Assembly: GCF_009914755.1 (NCBI RefSeq)
Contig: NC_060926.1
DNA: 64,000 nt
From: the human T2T-CHM13v2.0 reference genome, Homo sapiens
Reading direction: 5' to 3' (one strand)
This document shows positions 39,841-52,281 of this stretch, in pieces; positions within the stretch are counted from its first letter, which is position 1, and the number at the start of each line of letters is the position of its first letter. Below the pieces are notes generated by a model, which was not told the DNA's origin, searched no databases, and saw nothing but the letters and a program-made list of their open reading frames with translations. The position numbers and the translations under genes were made by a program.

Positions 39841-41044
39841 ATGTTGCCCTTTTAAAACTGCACCCACCTCGCTTCCACATCCTCCCAACCCCTTACCAAC
39901 TCCAGGAACCACTAATCTTTTCTCCATTTCTAAAATTTTGTCATTTCAAAAATGGAATCACAGGAAGTAATCAAAGGCTACTTAGTATGTAAACAGAAAA
40001 ATATATTAAGTAACCTTTGGGGATTGACTTTTTTCAAACTATTGATACATACAACATGGATGATGTCCTGTGGATATACTACAATTTGTTAAATTGTTTA
40101 AGCATTTATTCACTGAAGGACATCTGGGCTGTATCCAGTTTTTGGCTATTATAGCTGCTATAAACACTTATTTGCAGGTTTTTGTGTGAGCATAAGTCTA
40201 AATTTCTCCAGCATAAATGCCCAAGAATGCAATTAGTGGGTGGTTGTATGGCTATTGGAGGTTGAGTTTATAAAAATTGCCAAACTATTTTCCATTTTCC
40301 ATTCTGGCCATTTCGGTATGAGTACTGTAGTTTCTCTGCATCCTCACCAGCATTTGTTGTTGTCACTCTGTTGTTTATTTTTTAATCTTTGCTTATTGTA
40401 TCTTTCTCTATGCAAACTTTCAAAAATTTACCTTTTTAAAAAAGTCCTCTTTTTTATTTATAGCGGTGATCTTCATGTTATGGTTAGGAAATTCTTTTTC
40501 ACTATCATATTATAAAAACTATTTCTTATATTTTCTTCCAGTATTTTTATAGAGAGGCAATGCGGGATGGAGTAGATCAGAATGGTTGGAGTCTGTCTGC
40601 AGTGAGATCTGCTCTGTTTAAGTCTTGGCTCCATCACTTGCTACTGTGCCCACTTTTAGTTGACATGTATCTCTATACTTTCCCTGTATATCTCCTCTCC
40701 TGATATCTCCTCTCCTTCAACTGTTTCTTAGGTAATGCTTTCTCATCCTGGTCAACCTCTGCTGGAAATTCTCCAGTATGACAATGTCTATCTCAGCTTC
40801 CATTCCAGATAAATTTTGACAGTGCAGAGAAAGTGGGTCTTAACTTGCACTGTTCTGCACACTGTTAGTGTTAGCAAAGATTGCAGTGACTTTTGGAGGT
40901 GACCATGTTAACTCCCTGGCCATTAGGAAACTTCTGAAAGCAAAACACCATCATTTTCACATGAACTGCTATTAAAGCAAGTCTCTTCCATCTCACATTT
41001 CTGCAGGCAATTTGATGATTTTTATCTGTTCCTCCAGTAGTTCC

Positions 41045-41400
41045 TTTGATTAATGTATAGTGGCCCTATTTGTTCCTAATAATGCTTTTCACCTTAAAGT
41101 CTATTTTGTCTTATAAAAATGTTGCCATATTAGAATATTTTTGCTAAGGTATTTCTTGAATATCTTTTGCCTTTATTTTCTATTTTCAGTATTATTTTGT
41201 TTTAGGGGTGTCTCATATATAGTATATAGCTTGATTTTTTAAAATCTTATTTGATAATCTGAATGTGAATAGGTGAGCTTATTTGTATTTGTTGAAAACC
41301 TAATATAATTGGACTTACTTATGCCATGTACTTTGTACTTTTATTCACCTTTCCTGTTTTCTGTTTTTAAGTTCCTATTCTGTTTTCTTCTGTTTGAGGT
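41045..41400 (-). mobile_element. Old L1M internal fragment
   Basis: aatgcttttcaccttaaagtctattttgtc...ttttgttttaggggtgtctc...tttgataatct. Confidence 0.65.
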
Positions 41401-42779
41401 TATAGATTGTTTCCGGTTTTTAAGTACTTATCTTTAACAATTTTAACATTCCTTCATAACTTTTTTAAAGCCTATATTTATTTAATGTCTTTGTCCTATT
41501 CCATACTGTATTTCTTCTGTTCTTTTTTTTTAATCTTAGGACAGATCTTTATATTTTTCTAATTAAAATTAATCTCATTAGTTTCAGTTCATCCTGATAG
41601 CCTGTTGAGTGATCAAGAGGTCCCAATCCAGTGCTGAGGGATTCTCCTCCTGTTTTGTGCCATCCTAACTTTATTACGCCTGAGTCTACCCAAGTAATTA
41701 ATTTTAAAAATATGTAATAGAGCTAGGTTCAGGATCCATTGTTTTCTATTTAGGAACTCCATGCCTTGGGGCTGGAGGGTGGAGAGTCGAACATAAAAAT
41801 CTACTTTTCTAAACTGCTTGAATTATTTCTGACCATGACCAGCTTTCTTTTTCTTGACTATTACAAGACAATTTCATCACTTTCCCCCCAAAGTTCCTAT
41901 CACTTCCACTCCATCATTCAAGCCAGGCTGTTGATTAAAATTAATTGAGGTAAAGCTGCTCCTGTGGTGGCTTCTTCAGTCTTCTGAGTGATGAAATTGT
42001 CAACGATGCGAGGCAGGAATCCATCAGATTCTCATCAAGTGAGACTGCCGGCCGATGTGTAGATAAGAGTCCTGTAGCTGTGATGGGGTGGGGGTGGGGA
42101 GAGTAAGAGGACACAAAAAGACACTTGCATGTGGCATGGCATGGTAGACTAGGGACAACTGGGAGGCAGTAAACGTGGGCTCTTGCATCATACTTTAGGA
42201 ATTGAAAACGCCACACATTTGAACACATACAAATGCTAGACCATTATTTAGTTACCTTGGAGATTTTCCCTCAGTTTGTCACCTACGCACTTCTTAACCC
42301 CTTGCAATCTGTTTTGTCTTCTTGCTTCTATCAAATCTATTTCTTCCTTCTTGCTTCTATCGAAACTATTTTCTTTTCCTTGACCAGAACCCCAGAGCCT
42401 GTTTACTGTTCTAATTCTAGGAACCTGTCTTTTTTATTCAGCACCACCGACCCTCTGCTTTCTTAATGAAATTCTTTCCTTTTTCCATTTCTCTGTCGTT
42501 GTCTTCTCATGTTGCTCCCCTACCCCCTTCCTTTGCTGATGTTTCTTGTTCCTTCCCCTTTTCCTTGAATGTGTGCCCCACTCCACCCAGGCACAGCCAC
42601 AACTTCCTGCTTGGATGTCTTCTTTCTGCTCCTTAAAAGTTAACATGCCCTGCATTGAATTCTTTACATTGTTCCTAAGAGGAGTTCATCCTTGATTTCA
42701 TTCTTTCTCTTAATGGAACATCATTTCCCCAGGGACATTGGCTGAAGATCCTGAGTCCTAGAATGGAGTGCTGAGCTAT

Positions 42780-43170
42780 ATCCAATCATACTGCAGTTTA
42801 ATAAGCATGTACTGACTACATTTGGCGGTGCTGGGTTATAGGCTTTTTCATCGAAGAGCTCATCGTCTAGTGGATTAGAATGAGAACACCACATAGCCAG
42901 GGCTGCAGCAAACAGGTACACATGCTCTGGCAGCCCAGAGTAGGGAGGGAGGGGAAGACGATGAATATTCATGAAGGACCTGCTAGGTGCCAGTTTTTGC
43001 ACTAGGCTTTCCATATATATCATCTCAGTGGAAGCTTATGACCCTCTGAGGTAGATATTTTACAGCCAAGGCAAGGTAAGCTCAATGGGGTCAAGGTCAA
43101 ATGACTGCATAATAAATGCTGGAATCAGGATTCAAAGTTGAATCTGTTATTTTTCCAGAGCACTACATTG
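42780..43170 (-). mobile_element. L2 tail fragment followed by MIR
   Basis: tttaataagcatgtactgactac...; ctgctaggtgccag...ggaatcaggattcaaa. Confidence 0.55.
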
Positions 43171-43329
43171 CCCCCTACGCTGTTACAAAAGAGGGTACAC
43201 ATGTGTTAATCATTTAAGGATGAACTTTTCTTGGTAGTTAATATGCAGAAGAGAATTCCTGGCACAGGGAGTAGAATATAAAAAAGCATAAAGAGTATGC
43301 GTTAGAGTTTTAAGTAGAAAGAAGGAACA

Positions 43330-44960
43330 AAAGAGGAGGAGGAAGTTTAGGGAGAAAGATGATGCATTAGGCTTTAGACATGCTGAGTTCCAGGCATTTA
43401 TAGGCTACCCACATTGTCAGTTCAGTGAATAGTTGGAAATATGAGTTTGAGAAAGTGATAGGTCCCACAGAATGAGAGAAAATACTTGGAAATCATACAT
43501 CCAACAAGGGGTTAATATCTAAAATAGATAAGGAACTCAAACAATTCAATAATAATAAAACAACCCAATTAAAAAAATGGGCAAAGGACCTGAACAGACA
43601 TTTCTCAAAAGAAAACATACAAATGGACAACCAGTACATGAAAAGGGCTCATCATCAGAAATCATTAAGGAAATTCTAATGAAAATCACAATAAGAGATC
43701 ACCTCACACCTGTTAGAATATCTTTTATTAAATAAAATGAAAGATAATAAATGTCGGACAGGATTCAGAGAAAAGGGGACCATACATTGTTGGTAGGAAT
43801 GTAAATCAGTACAACCATAATGAAAAATGGTATGGAGGTTCCACACAAAGCTAAAAAGAGAATTACTATATGACTTAGTAATCCCACTTCTGGATATATA
43901 TCCAAAGGAACTGAAATCAATATGTTGAAGGGATATCTCTACTCCCCTGTTTATTGCAGCGTTATTTACCAAGGTATGGAAGCAACCTAAGTGTCCATCA
44001 GTGGATGAATCTATAAAGAAAATGTTATACATTTTACACACATTACATGCATTTACATACGTTGTACACAATGGAATGCTATTTAGCCTTAAAAAGGGGG
44101 AAATTCTGTCTTTTTTTTTTTTTTTTACAACATGGATGAATCTGGAGAACATTATGTTAAGTGAAATAAGCCAGGCATAGAAAGACAAATACAGCATGAT
44201 CTCACTTATATGTAGAATCTAATACAGTTGAACTCATAGAAGTGAAGAGTAGAACAATGGTTACCAGGGGCAAGGAGGGCAAAGGGAGTTGTTGATCGAA
44301 GGGTACAAAGTTTCAGCTAGATCAGAGGAATATGTTTTGAGATCTGCTGCACAGCAGGGTGACTATAGTCAATAATAATGTATTATAAATTTCAAGATAA
44401 CTAAGAGGGCAAATTTCAAAAGTCACATCATAAAAATGAAAGGTAAACGAGGAGACACATAAGTTAACTAGCTTGATGTAATCATACCACATTGTAGACA
44501 TGTATCAAAACATCACATTTTAGCCTATAAATTTATACAACTATGATTTGTTAATTAAAAAGAGATAGGAAACTAGAAATTTAAATCTGCATGTTTTCAG
44601 TGTCAACGTAAGGGATTGGAGTTGTGGAGGTGGTAAAATTATCTAGGTAGACTGTATTGTGCCAAAAAAAAAAAAATGAGCGAGATGTTACCAAGGACCA
44701 GGAGATTGGGAGGGAGCTTCCAGAGAGAGGGAAGCAGGAGAGAGCAGATGATGAAAACCAGAGAAGAATTTCAAGAAGGTCAAGATCAACAACAGGGTTT
44801 CCAAAGAGATAATTTGGGGTCAAGACTAAAAATGACAATTGAATCAGGCAACTAGGAGGTCACTGGAGAATTTGTTGAGAACAGTTCTAATTTAGAGGTG
44901 AGGAATGGAATGCAAGTTTCAAGGGGTTAGGAGATGTGCAGGGGGTAAAGAGCAGAGAAA
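43330..44960 (-). mobile_element. L2 fragment split by an L1MA insertion (L2 parts ~43330-43462 and ~44570-44960)
   Basis: ttttagacatgctgagttc... and ggcaactaggaggtcactggagaatttgttgagaacagtt. Confidence 0.65.
43463..44560 (+). mobile_element. 5'-truncated L1MA (L1MA5-8-like)
   Basis: aaatgggcaaaggacctgaacagacatttctcaaaagaa ... gggtacaaagtttcag ... tatgatttgttaattaaaa. TSD aaagtgatagg (43452-62) / aaagagatagg (44559-69). Confidence 0.92.
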
Positions 44961-45714
44961 AAAAGTCATGGTGGTTGATCTCTATGGTAGTATCTTCTCC
45001 CATTTTCAAGGCCAGCTCAAATATAATCTTGTCTATGAAATTTCCCCCCATATCTCTCTTTTTCTCTGTGCTTCCAGGTCATTCTTACCTCCATTGTATC
45101 CCTTGTCACCATCCAATCTGTGTTTGTGATTTGGGTACAGTTTCTAGGACTGGATTGCAAGCTTCATGAGGTGTGAGATCCTTTTCTTGATGTCACAACA
45201 CTAAACTGGTACTCGGTGGGTATTCACATAGTGCCTTGGATTGGCAACCGTAGGCATTAACAAAATAGTTGCTACACTGAAGTAATCAGACACCAGCATT
45301 ACAAAAAGTAACAACAAGTTCTTGTAATAAGTGAGGTTTACTTTTTTTTTGAGGGGAGGGAGTATATGCTGAGTGAAAGAAACCTGAGTAATTCTTCTGT
45401 CCAGGCAAATGGGGTGTGTGCATTCTGAAGATAGATAGCTCAGTCAGCAATTCTTTCAGAACTGTAAGTCTTTTGTCTATATGAAACCAAACAATTGGCA
45501 TGAAATTTTTGTCAAAGCTGACATTTTCTTCAATTTGTTAAACTTTTCTTCAACCAGTTGCAATTTTTAAATGAACTTATCTGGGAATTTTGACTTTGTT
45601 TAGAAATGAGCTTTTAGGGGTTCTGATCAAAGTGTGTTCTGGATAGTTTTGGAGTAATGAAATGAAGTAAAAAAAGAAGCATGCTAAATAATGTTAGCCA
45701 AAAAGAGGGAGAGC

Positions 45715-45895
45715 AGTGCTGTGCGGCATTCTAGAAAGAGAGGTAGGATATATCTGACTTCTGCTCCTAACCCTGCTCCTAATAAGCAGGGTTACCTCAC
45801 TTAATGACTTTGTGTTTTGGTCTCCATATCTGTAAAACAAGGCAGTGAGACAGGATTCTAAGATCCCCATTCCTGTTTTAACATTTTATGAATCT
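45715..45895 (+). mobile_element. MIR/MIR3
   Basis: tctccatatctgtaaaacaagg...tctaagatccccattcctgttttaacattttatga. Confidence 0.6.
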
Positions 45896-46453
45896 AAGAA
45901 AAACCCTTCTACAGTGATAGTCTACAAAATATTTCCACCCTCATGATCTCTACTTTCCAACATCCATTTGGCAGTGAATATGGAATTACTGAAGGAGGGA
46001 AGCACAAAATTGGCTCGTTTCCTCCTTCCTCTTCACCTTAATCCTGATTTGCTGTCATTACAGAAAACTAAATGCAACCTGATGGCCCCAGTTTGATTAT
46101 TGAACTGTAAGCTCTGCAGAGAAAGGGACCATGTCTAATCTCCTCTGTGTATCACACCAGAACCATGGTTCCGGATCCTACACACGCTGTTTGCTTAACT
46201 GACTGTTGGAGAGCTTGGCTGTGTTGAATCTGTGTAGTGACCTGCTGAAGGTGAATTGCTCAGCTTGGCAGGTAATTTATGATTCCTATTTGTTGCTATT
46301 GATTTTAATTATGTGCTGTGTTTCTATAAATATTTTACATAGACCCAGAAACTTCAAAAGCACATGGCATATATATTTTTTTAAAGATTAAAAATGAAAA
46401 CCAACAGAAACCAAGAGAAACTCTAGCACTGGCCTCTTTGTTACATTTTCTGT

Positions 46454-46504
46454 CACAAACCGGTGGACAACTTCCTCTGTTCTAGCTTCCTGAGTAATTT
46501 CTCA
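46454..46504 (+). repeat. Donor copy of a 51-bp segment (39 bp perfect) repeated at 48600-48650
   Basis: gacaacttcctctgttctagcttcctgagtaatttctca at 46466-46504 is identical to 48612-48650. Confidence 0.97.
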
Positions 46505-47249
46505 GGTGAGCTCTGGGGAGTAAGGTATGAGTGGGTGGATAAGAGCCTTCTTATCTAATGTGACAGGACTGGTAGTTGTTTTAAAGATTGATTAAAAAGA
46601 AGAATTTGAATAAATTGTGCACACGTAGCTCACCATTTGATTTGAGTATAAAATTCTGTGAATGCATACCCCTTTTCCAACCTTTTGATATAAAGTCAAG
46701 GTCTTTTTTCATGGGATGGGGGCGGATTTGGGAGGATTCAATACTCTTGCATACACATTGCCTACAACACTCAGTTTCTATCTCTTGAGATGCAAGGAAA
46801 ACCTATACCTTTGTAAAGCAGTTTGACTGTAGAACCCTTCTAGATATGTATGGTCATTTCCCCAGTCTTTTACAAATCTTTTACCCTCACCTAATTAAAC
46901 ACACTTGGGAATCTTTCCAAAGTATTTAATTATCATATAATTAAATCTCTTTTTTCACTCACATTTTATCTGCTTAGATAATATTTAGCTATATAATTTC
47001 AACAGCATGTAAAACTGTTAACAACAAGCTAAGAAATATTCAACATGCTCTTGGTAGATGTGAGGGCTTCTCAAAGCGGCCTCATAGTCACATGCCTGGA
47101 TGGTGCCACAGGCATCAGACCTGTGTTCTGTAGAGGAAATGGAGGCTGCTGGGTCATATGGCAATTTGGTTATTGGAAAGCCCTTACAAGTGCATCTTCT
47201 GTAACTTCGAAATATCTCTTCAGCCAAATATCCAGAGGCATTCTTTTTA

Positions 47250-47465
47250 ATTTTTTTCACCTTTATTGAGGTATTATTAAAAATTATATGTTTTAAGGTG
47301 TACAACATGATGTTTTGTTATACATTGTGAAATGTTTACCACAATTAAGCTAATTAACATATCTTCATAGTACCTTTTTTGGTGATATACTTTCTTATTA
47401 GGATGTACCCTCTTAGCAAATTTCAAATCTACAGTACCGTATTGTTAACTACTGTCACCATGTTG
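47250..47465 (-). mobile_element. L1MA9-like 3' terminus
   Basis: ctttattgaggtatt...ttttaaggtgtacaacatgatgtttt...tcttagcaaatttcaa. Confidence 0.85.
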
Positions 47466-47884
47466 AGGTCTTCAATAAGCTTCCTCTATGATGAGTTTAT
47501 CCATGACACCTGTCCTTAAACTATGAGTGGTCCACCCCTTCTCAGATACAATAATAAACTCTTTCCATAGCTTATTTTCTCTTAAGACAGAAGAATGGCT
47601 ATCTCATTATTGTGTTTGCTAATTTATCTTATTTAGGAAAGCATTTAACCAATACTAGAAATCAAAACCTATTTCTATCTGGGTCTCATTGATTCATCTA
47701 CATTTTCTCTGATTCCTTGTATCTTTGAAACCAAATCTAAAACTGAAGATCTAACCTAATGAGAGTAATGTTACTTCTAGTATGAAATAGTCATTGCAAT
47801 ATTCAGTGAAAAATGTCTTCACAGAGTGCCATCTGCTTTCCTCTTCCTGCATTTCTCTTGAAGGTGATCATGAAAAAGGCATTA

Positions 47885-47919
47885 GGAAATTCCCCTGACT
47901 TAGGGGGAATTCCAATCAG
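47885..47919. promoter_or_regulatory. Candidate element: two inverted kappaB sites around an AP-1-like site, plus CCAAT box
   Basis: GGAAATTCCC (47885-94), TGACTTA (47896-902), GGGGAATTCC (47904-13), CCAATCAG (47912-19). Motif match only. Confidence 0.4.
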
Positions 47920-48545
47920 GCCTAAGGCTAGGGTCTGCTGAGGAATATTAGGCCAGGAAAACTGATTTTTATTTCTTTTGTCCCATAATCCACACAAGTA
48001 GTTCCTTTTGCACCTGTTGAGGATGTAGGCTTGCAGCTAAAGCCTATAGACACTCTGGACAGCCATGTTGATGAAAAAGGAAGCCACTTTACACTTTCTT
48101 GTACCCTCTCCCATCATGGGCAGTATCACCAGTGGCTGCACATTCCTGTGGGGACTTGGGGATCATATTTCCATATGGGTGTCTGTTTTGTTGCTTCCTT
48201 TTTGTGCCATTTTAATAAATTTCCCTATTTGCCGTGAAATGTACTTTACATCTGTTTGTTATCTGTTTTCCCCATGAGCATACAAGTCCGTAACTTTTTC
48301 TAGATATATTCACAGTGCCCACAACAGAATCTGCACGTAGAAGGTATTCAATAAATAGCTGTCTAATGAATATGTTCTCTAACTGTGTCTATTGCATATT
48401 TCCATCAACTATCGGGTAGACAACAGACAAGATGCCAGTCACTGGAGCAGAAAGGGGTAGGTGAGGTCAATGATAATGGAAAAGCAGGGCCTTGGTGCCA
48501 TAGGACCTGTGACACTGGACAGGCTATCAAAGGAGGCTTGGCAAG

Positions 48546-48705
48546 GATTCTGTCACCAGAATCAAGACTTAGAGTTTGATTCTAAATCCCCCAGATGAAC
48601 ACAAACCAAGTGACAACTTCCTCTGTTCTAGCTTCCTGAGTAATTTCTCATTTGAGATGAAGGCTTCAATGTAATTGAAGACTGCGGTGTAATGGACCGC
48701 AGTCT
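48546..48705. repeat. Cluster of five short inverted repeats enclosing a templated copy of 46454-46504
   Basis: Stems gattctg/cagaatc, agaatcaa/ttgattct, tctca/tgaga, cttcaat/attgaag and agactgcggt/accgcagtct. Confidence 0.85.
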
Positions 48706-50364
48706 CTATATTAGCATCATTAACCCCAGACTAAGAAGAGGTGTGTCACATGGACAAAAATTGTGGCAAAGCACAGTAGAGCTTTCTCTCCTTAACCTTT
48801 TTGGCCAATGTAACACTTACGCATTGACTGAAATCAGGCATCCTTGGTCTTTACTGGGCTGAGTGACAGTTTAGTTGTTAAATAACTGACTTGTGGGCTA
48901 ATAGTTGTTAATTAAATCTCTTTATGAAGAGCATTTTAAAAATTACCTCAATATCCCTTCTGCTTGCCTCTGAAAACTGAGTGCTTAATAGCAGAGAGAA
49001 AAAAATATTGTTTCCATAGGAGTCCCAGAATATTGGCAGAAGAGAGCGGGCTGCCTCCAAAGAACTAATTTCAGGCACATAAACAGGTCGGCTTGTAACG
49101 GTGGAATATCCTTTTGTTTATTCCATTAAATAGAATTTTCCTGGGCTTTTGCTGTGCATAAATATTTGCTGCAACGTTGCAATGCAGCACAGCCCCCTCC
49201 CCATCCTTACCCCACAGGTGAGGGGCCTTTGGGCCAAGGCACTGTTGAGAGTCGCACCTCTATCAATTTGGTCTGGATTTATTAAACTCTGTTACCAGAA
49301 ATTATGTGTCACAGGGACATTAAGGCCATATATAGTGAGCCCTGTCCTATATTTCCTAACCTCACTTCTGTGCCTGCATCTCTCTCTGCCCAGAATTTTT
49401 GTGTTTCTCTGCATTTCCAAATCACCTGTAAAGTGCCCATTTCTCTTTCCCAGCTGCTCTCTTGTGTTATTTATAATAGGCCCCAGGAGGAAATGTTCAT
49501 TCAAAGCAGTAAGAGGAGATTATGATAGAGAAGAGAGAGATTTGGCAGTGCTCTTTGGAGTTGAAACCTGTGACGTTAAAAAGAAAAGAAAAAGTCATGT
49601 GCTGAGCAAAGGCTGTAGCTGAAGGTGAGGTGTGATCCAGGGGCTTCAGGAATTGATTATTCTTCTGTGAAAGAATTGTTTAAGAATAGGCAATTTAAAA
49701 AATGTTATTACCACACACTTCTTATCAGGGCTAAAATAATTAAGTGAATTATCTTTTAAGGAATATGACAAGGGAAGTAGACAGTTGGGGTAAATGAAAG
49801 CTTTCTGCTTGATCTTGTCCAATCAATAAAAACTCCAGGGGTCCCTGTTCAATGAAGAAATTCAAAAGACCCCTGGCATTCCCACAAGAAGAATTCTGGT
49901 TTCTGAACTCTTAACATAAATTCTGTAGCAACTGATGGATTTGTTTGCTCAAGAATACTCGCATTCAGTGTGAAATCTATTTTTAACAGAACTTTGGAAC
50001 ATGTGCCCAGAACGTAAGTGGATAAATCACTTGTTTCTAGAAATATTAATGATTCTAGTAACAGTTAAATTGTTAGAACTAATATTCTACCTTCAAATTC
50101 TGGGTGGCCACTTCCCATAGACTTGCCATTTCACTTTGAAAATCTGCATAATTCCTTACTGGTCTAAAACTATGTAGGTCTATGATCAATGGAGAAGTTT
50201 CTAAATTTCTTTGTGAACTCATTTCTAGGTCTAAGTGAACTAAAAACATGTCCTGTTTTCAGGACATTAAATCTGATGTTCAGTATTGTAACCTCTATTC
50301 ACCCAGCCCTCAGCCCTGAAATTTCCTGGTATGTGGCCCTGACACCAACATAGATTCTCAAACC

Positions 50365-50910
50365 AGTAACCTCTGAGTCTACCTTGGCTCCTCTCTCTCC
50401 CTTATTCTCCACATCCAGTCCATGACAGAGACCAATGGTTTCTGCGTCCTAAATATTGCTTGAATCTGTTTTCTTCTTCCCATCCACCTAGTGCAAGCTA
50501 TTACTCTCTCTCCTGGTTTACTGCAAGAGCACTTCAGTGTCCTTGCTCCTGATCTTGCCCCCATTTGCCCCACAGTCCGTACTTTCCTGCCTTTTTTCTT
50601 GGCAGATGTAGTTATTTCTGCTGGAAACATTTTCTCATCCCCACCCCCCTTCAGTTAGCCAATTCATACTCCATTTAAAATTCAGCTTGGATTTAATTAC
50701 CTCAGTGGAGTCTTTCCCGATCGCGTTGTCTACATTGGAATATCTTTCTTTAAGCCCTTATAAAATACTGCACTTTATAGTAGCACAAATCTCACTTCTA
50801 ATTGATGGTTTTATGCTTGTTGGGTTATAGGCTCCCTGAGGGCAGGGATAGGGTCTGTCTCATTCACAAGACCTGAAATATATCAATTGCTCAGTAAATA
50901 GTTGTTGCAC
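50365..50910 (+). mobile_element. L2 3' region
   Basis: ccttggctcctctctctcccttattctccacatccagtcc...ctccctgagggcagggatagggtctgtctcattcac...gctcagtaaatagttgttg. Confidence 0.8.
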
Positions 50911-52246
50911 ACAAGAGGAATCTTAGAAATGATTGATCATCCTTCTATAAATGTATTTTGCATGTGTAAGAGGCCAATTGACAAAGCAAAATGGACGGTG
51001 GAGGCATTATCTAGTCATAGTGATATGAAGGTAGTTCTGATCAATGCTAATTTGACTCCCTAACTGAAGTACAATTGGTCTCCAGATTTTTTTTTTAACT
51101 TAGGTGTGACATCTGCATCCTGGGTGAGTAAGTTTGATTTTAATTTGTCATCCTGTGCCAATTCTTTTGCGGTCATTTGTGTTCAGATGGAAATAGAAAT
51201 GTAGTCATCTCCCATGCTGTGCTACTTTTTTTCTCTTTTTTCTTGTTTTCAGTATTTTTCAGAGCCTGTGTCTTCTCTATTTCTATGACCTTTCATACAA
51301 ATACATACATGCTTTCAAGGATATTTTGTGGGATGGGAATGGGTTAGAGACATGCATCATGTATTATTTTGGTACTTAATCTTCTAAAAGCATGTCTTGG
51401 TAACATGTTGAAATTTATAACCACCCCAAGTCAGAGTTGCTCTCAGAAATATTGCTGAGTAGAAAGTTCTAAGTAAAAGATGAAAAAGTTGGCTGACATG
51501 CCACATGTTACAGTTATAGAATCACTCTTGGGGACTTGCTGTGGGCTGAATCTCAGCCCTTGTGTTTATGAAACTTTGCTGCCGTGAATGTGACGAGGTG
51601 AGAAACGGTGCTGCACTCGTGGGGTTTACTTCAGCAAGATGGACACTGTTTCATTACACAAAATATCATGGATTTTGGCATCTCCAGATTAGCACCAGTT
51701 CAACTTTCTAACCTGCTACTTGGCATTTTCAAGGAATTATTATTTTGGTTTGGTAGAAACTTTGGCATCATTCTTGCCAAAGGCAACATCTCCGTGGGTT
51801 TGTCATGAAAGGCACATGCAGCTTTTGCCTGTAGAAAGACAGATGGAGACTTCAAAGGTTGTGTGAAAACGGTGCTCATGATGTTCCTGGAAGACTTCGG
51901 TGTTTTCATTGATTAGCAGCAGGGGCGAGCAACATCATCAGCATGTCTGAATGTCTCAATAATGACTTTAGTTTACTCTTTTGAGTTTAGAATGATTTTG
52001 GGGAGAAATTCTTTAGCATATTTACAGTTTTAGTATTTGATTTGGGGAAATATTTTATGTTTTTATATTTGCTTTTTCTGGAAGTACCCTTTAAATTAAG
52101 ACTTGCTGAATCAACCTTTAACAAACTGTCACACTTTTCAAAAACATTTTTAATATAAAGTACATTGGTTATCTGTATTTTTTCTTATATATCTAGTAAA
52201 CTCTTAGTACTTTAAACATTGATTTTCCAGTTTATGGAGTTTCTAG

Positions 52247-52281
52247 TCTTCCTTCCTTCCTTCCTTCCTTGCTTCCTTCCT
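52247..52281. repeat. (CCTT)n simple repeat
   Basis: Seen directly. Confidence 0.9.

Noticed and set aside
42437-42457. REST/NRSE-like TTCAGCACCACCGACCC
   Set aside because: The left half matches, but the right half departs from GGACAGCGCC, so it is a half-site at best.
43676-44197. Longest ORF (173 aa, minus strand)
   Set aside because: It is the antisense reading of an L1MA 3' region, a common artefact.
46471-46511. Possible 20-nt exon (ttctAG|cttcc...ctcag|GTGAGC)
   Set aside because: The polypyrimidine tract is short, the exon would not preserve frame, and there is no independent support.
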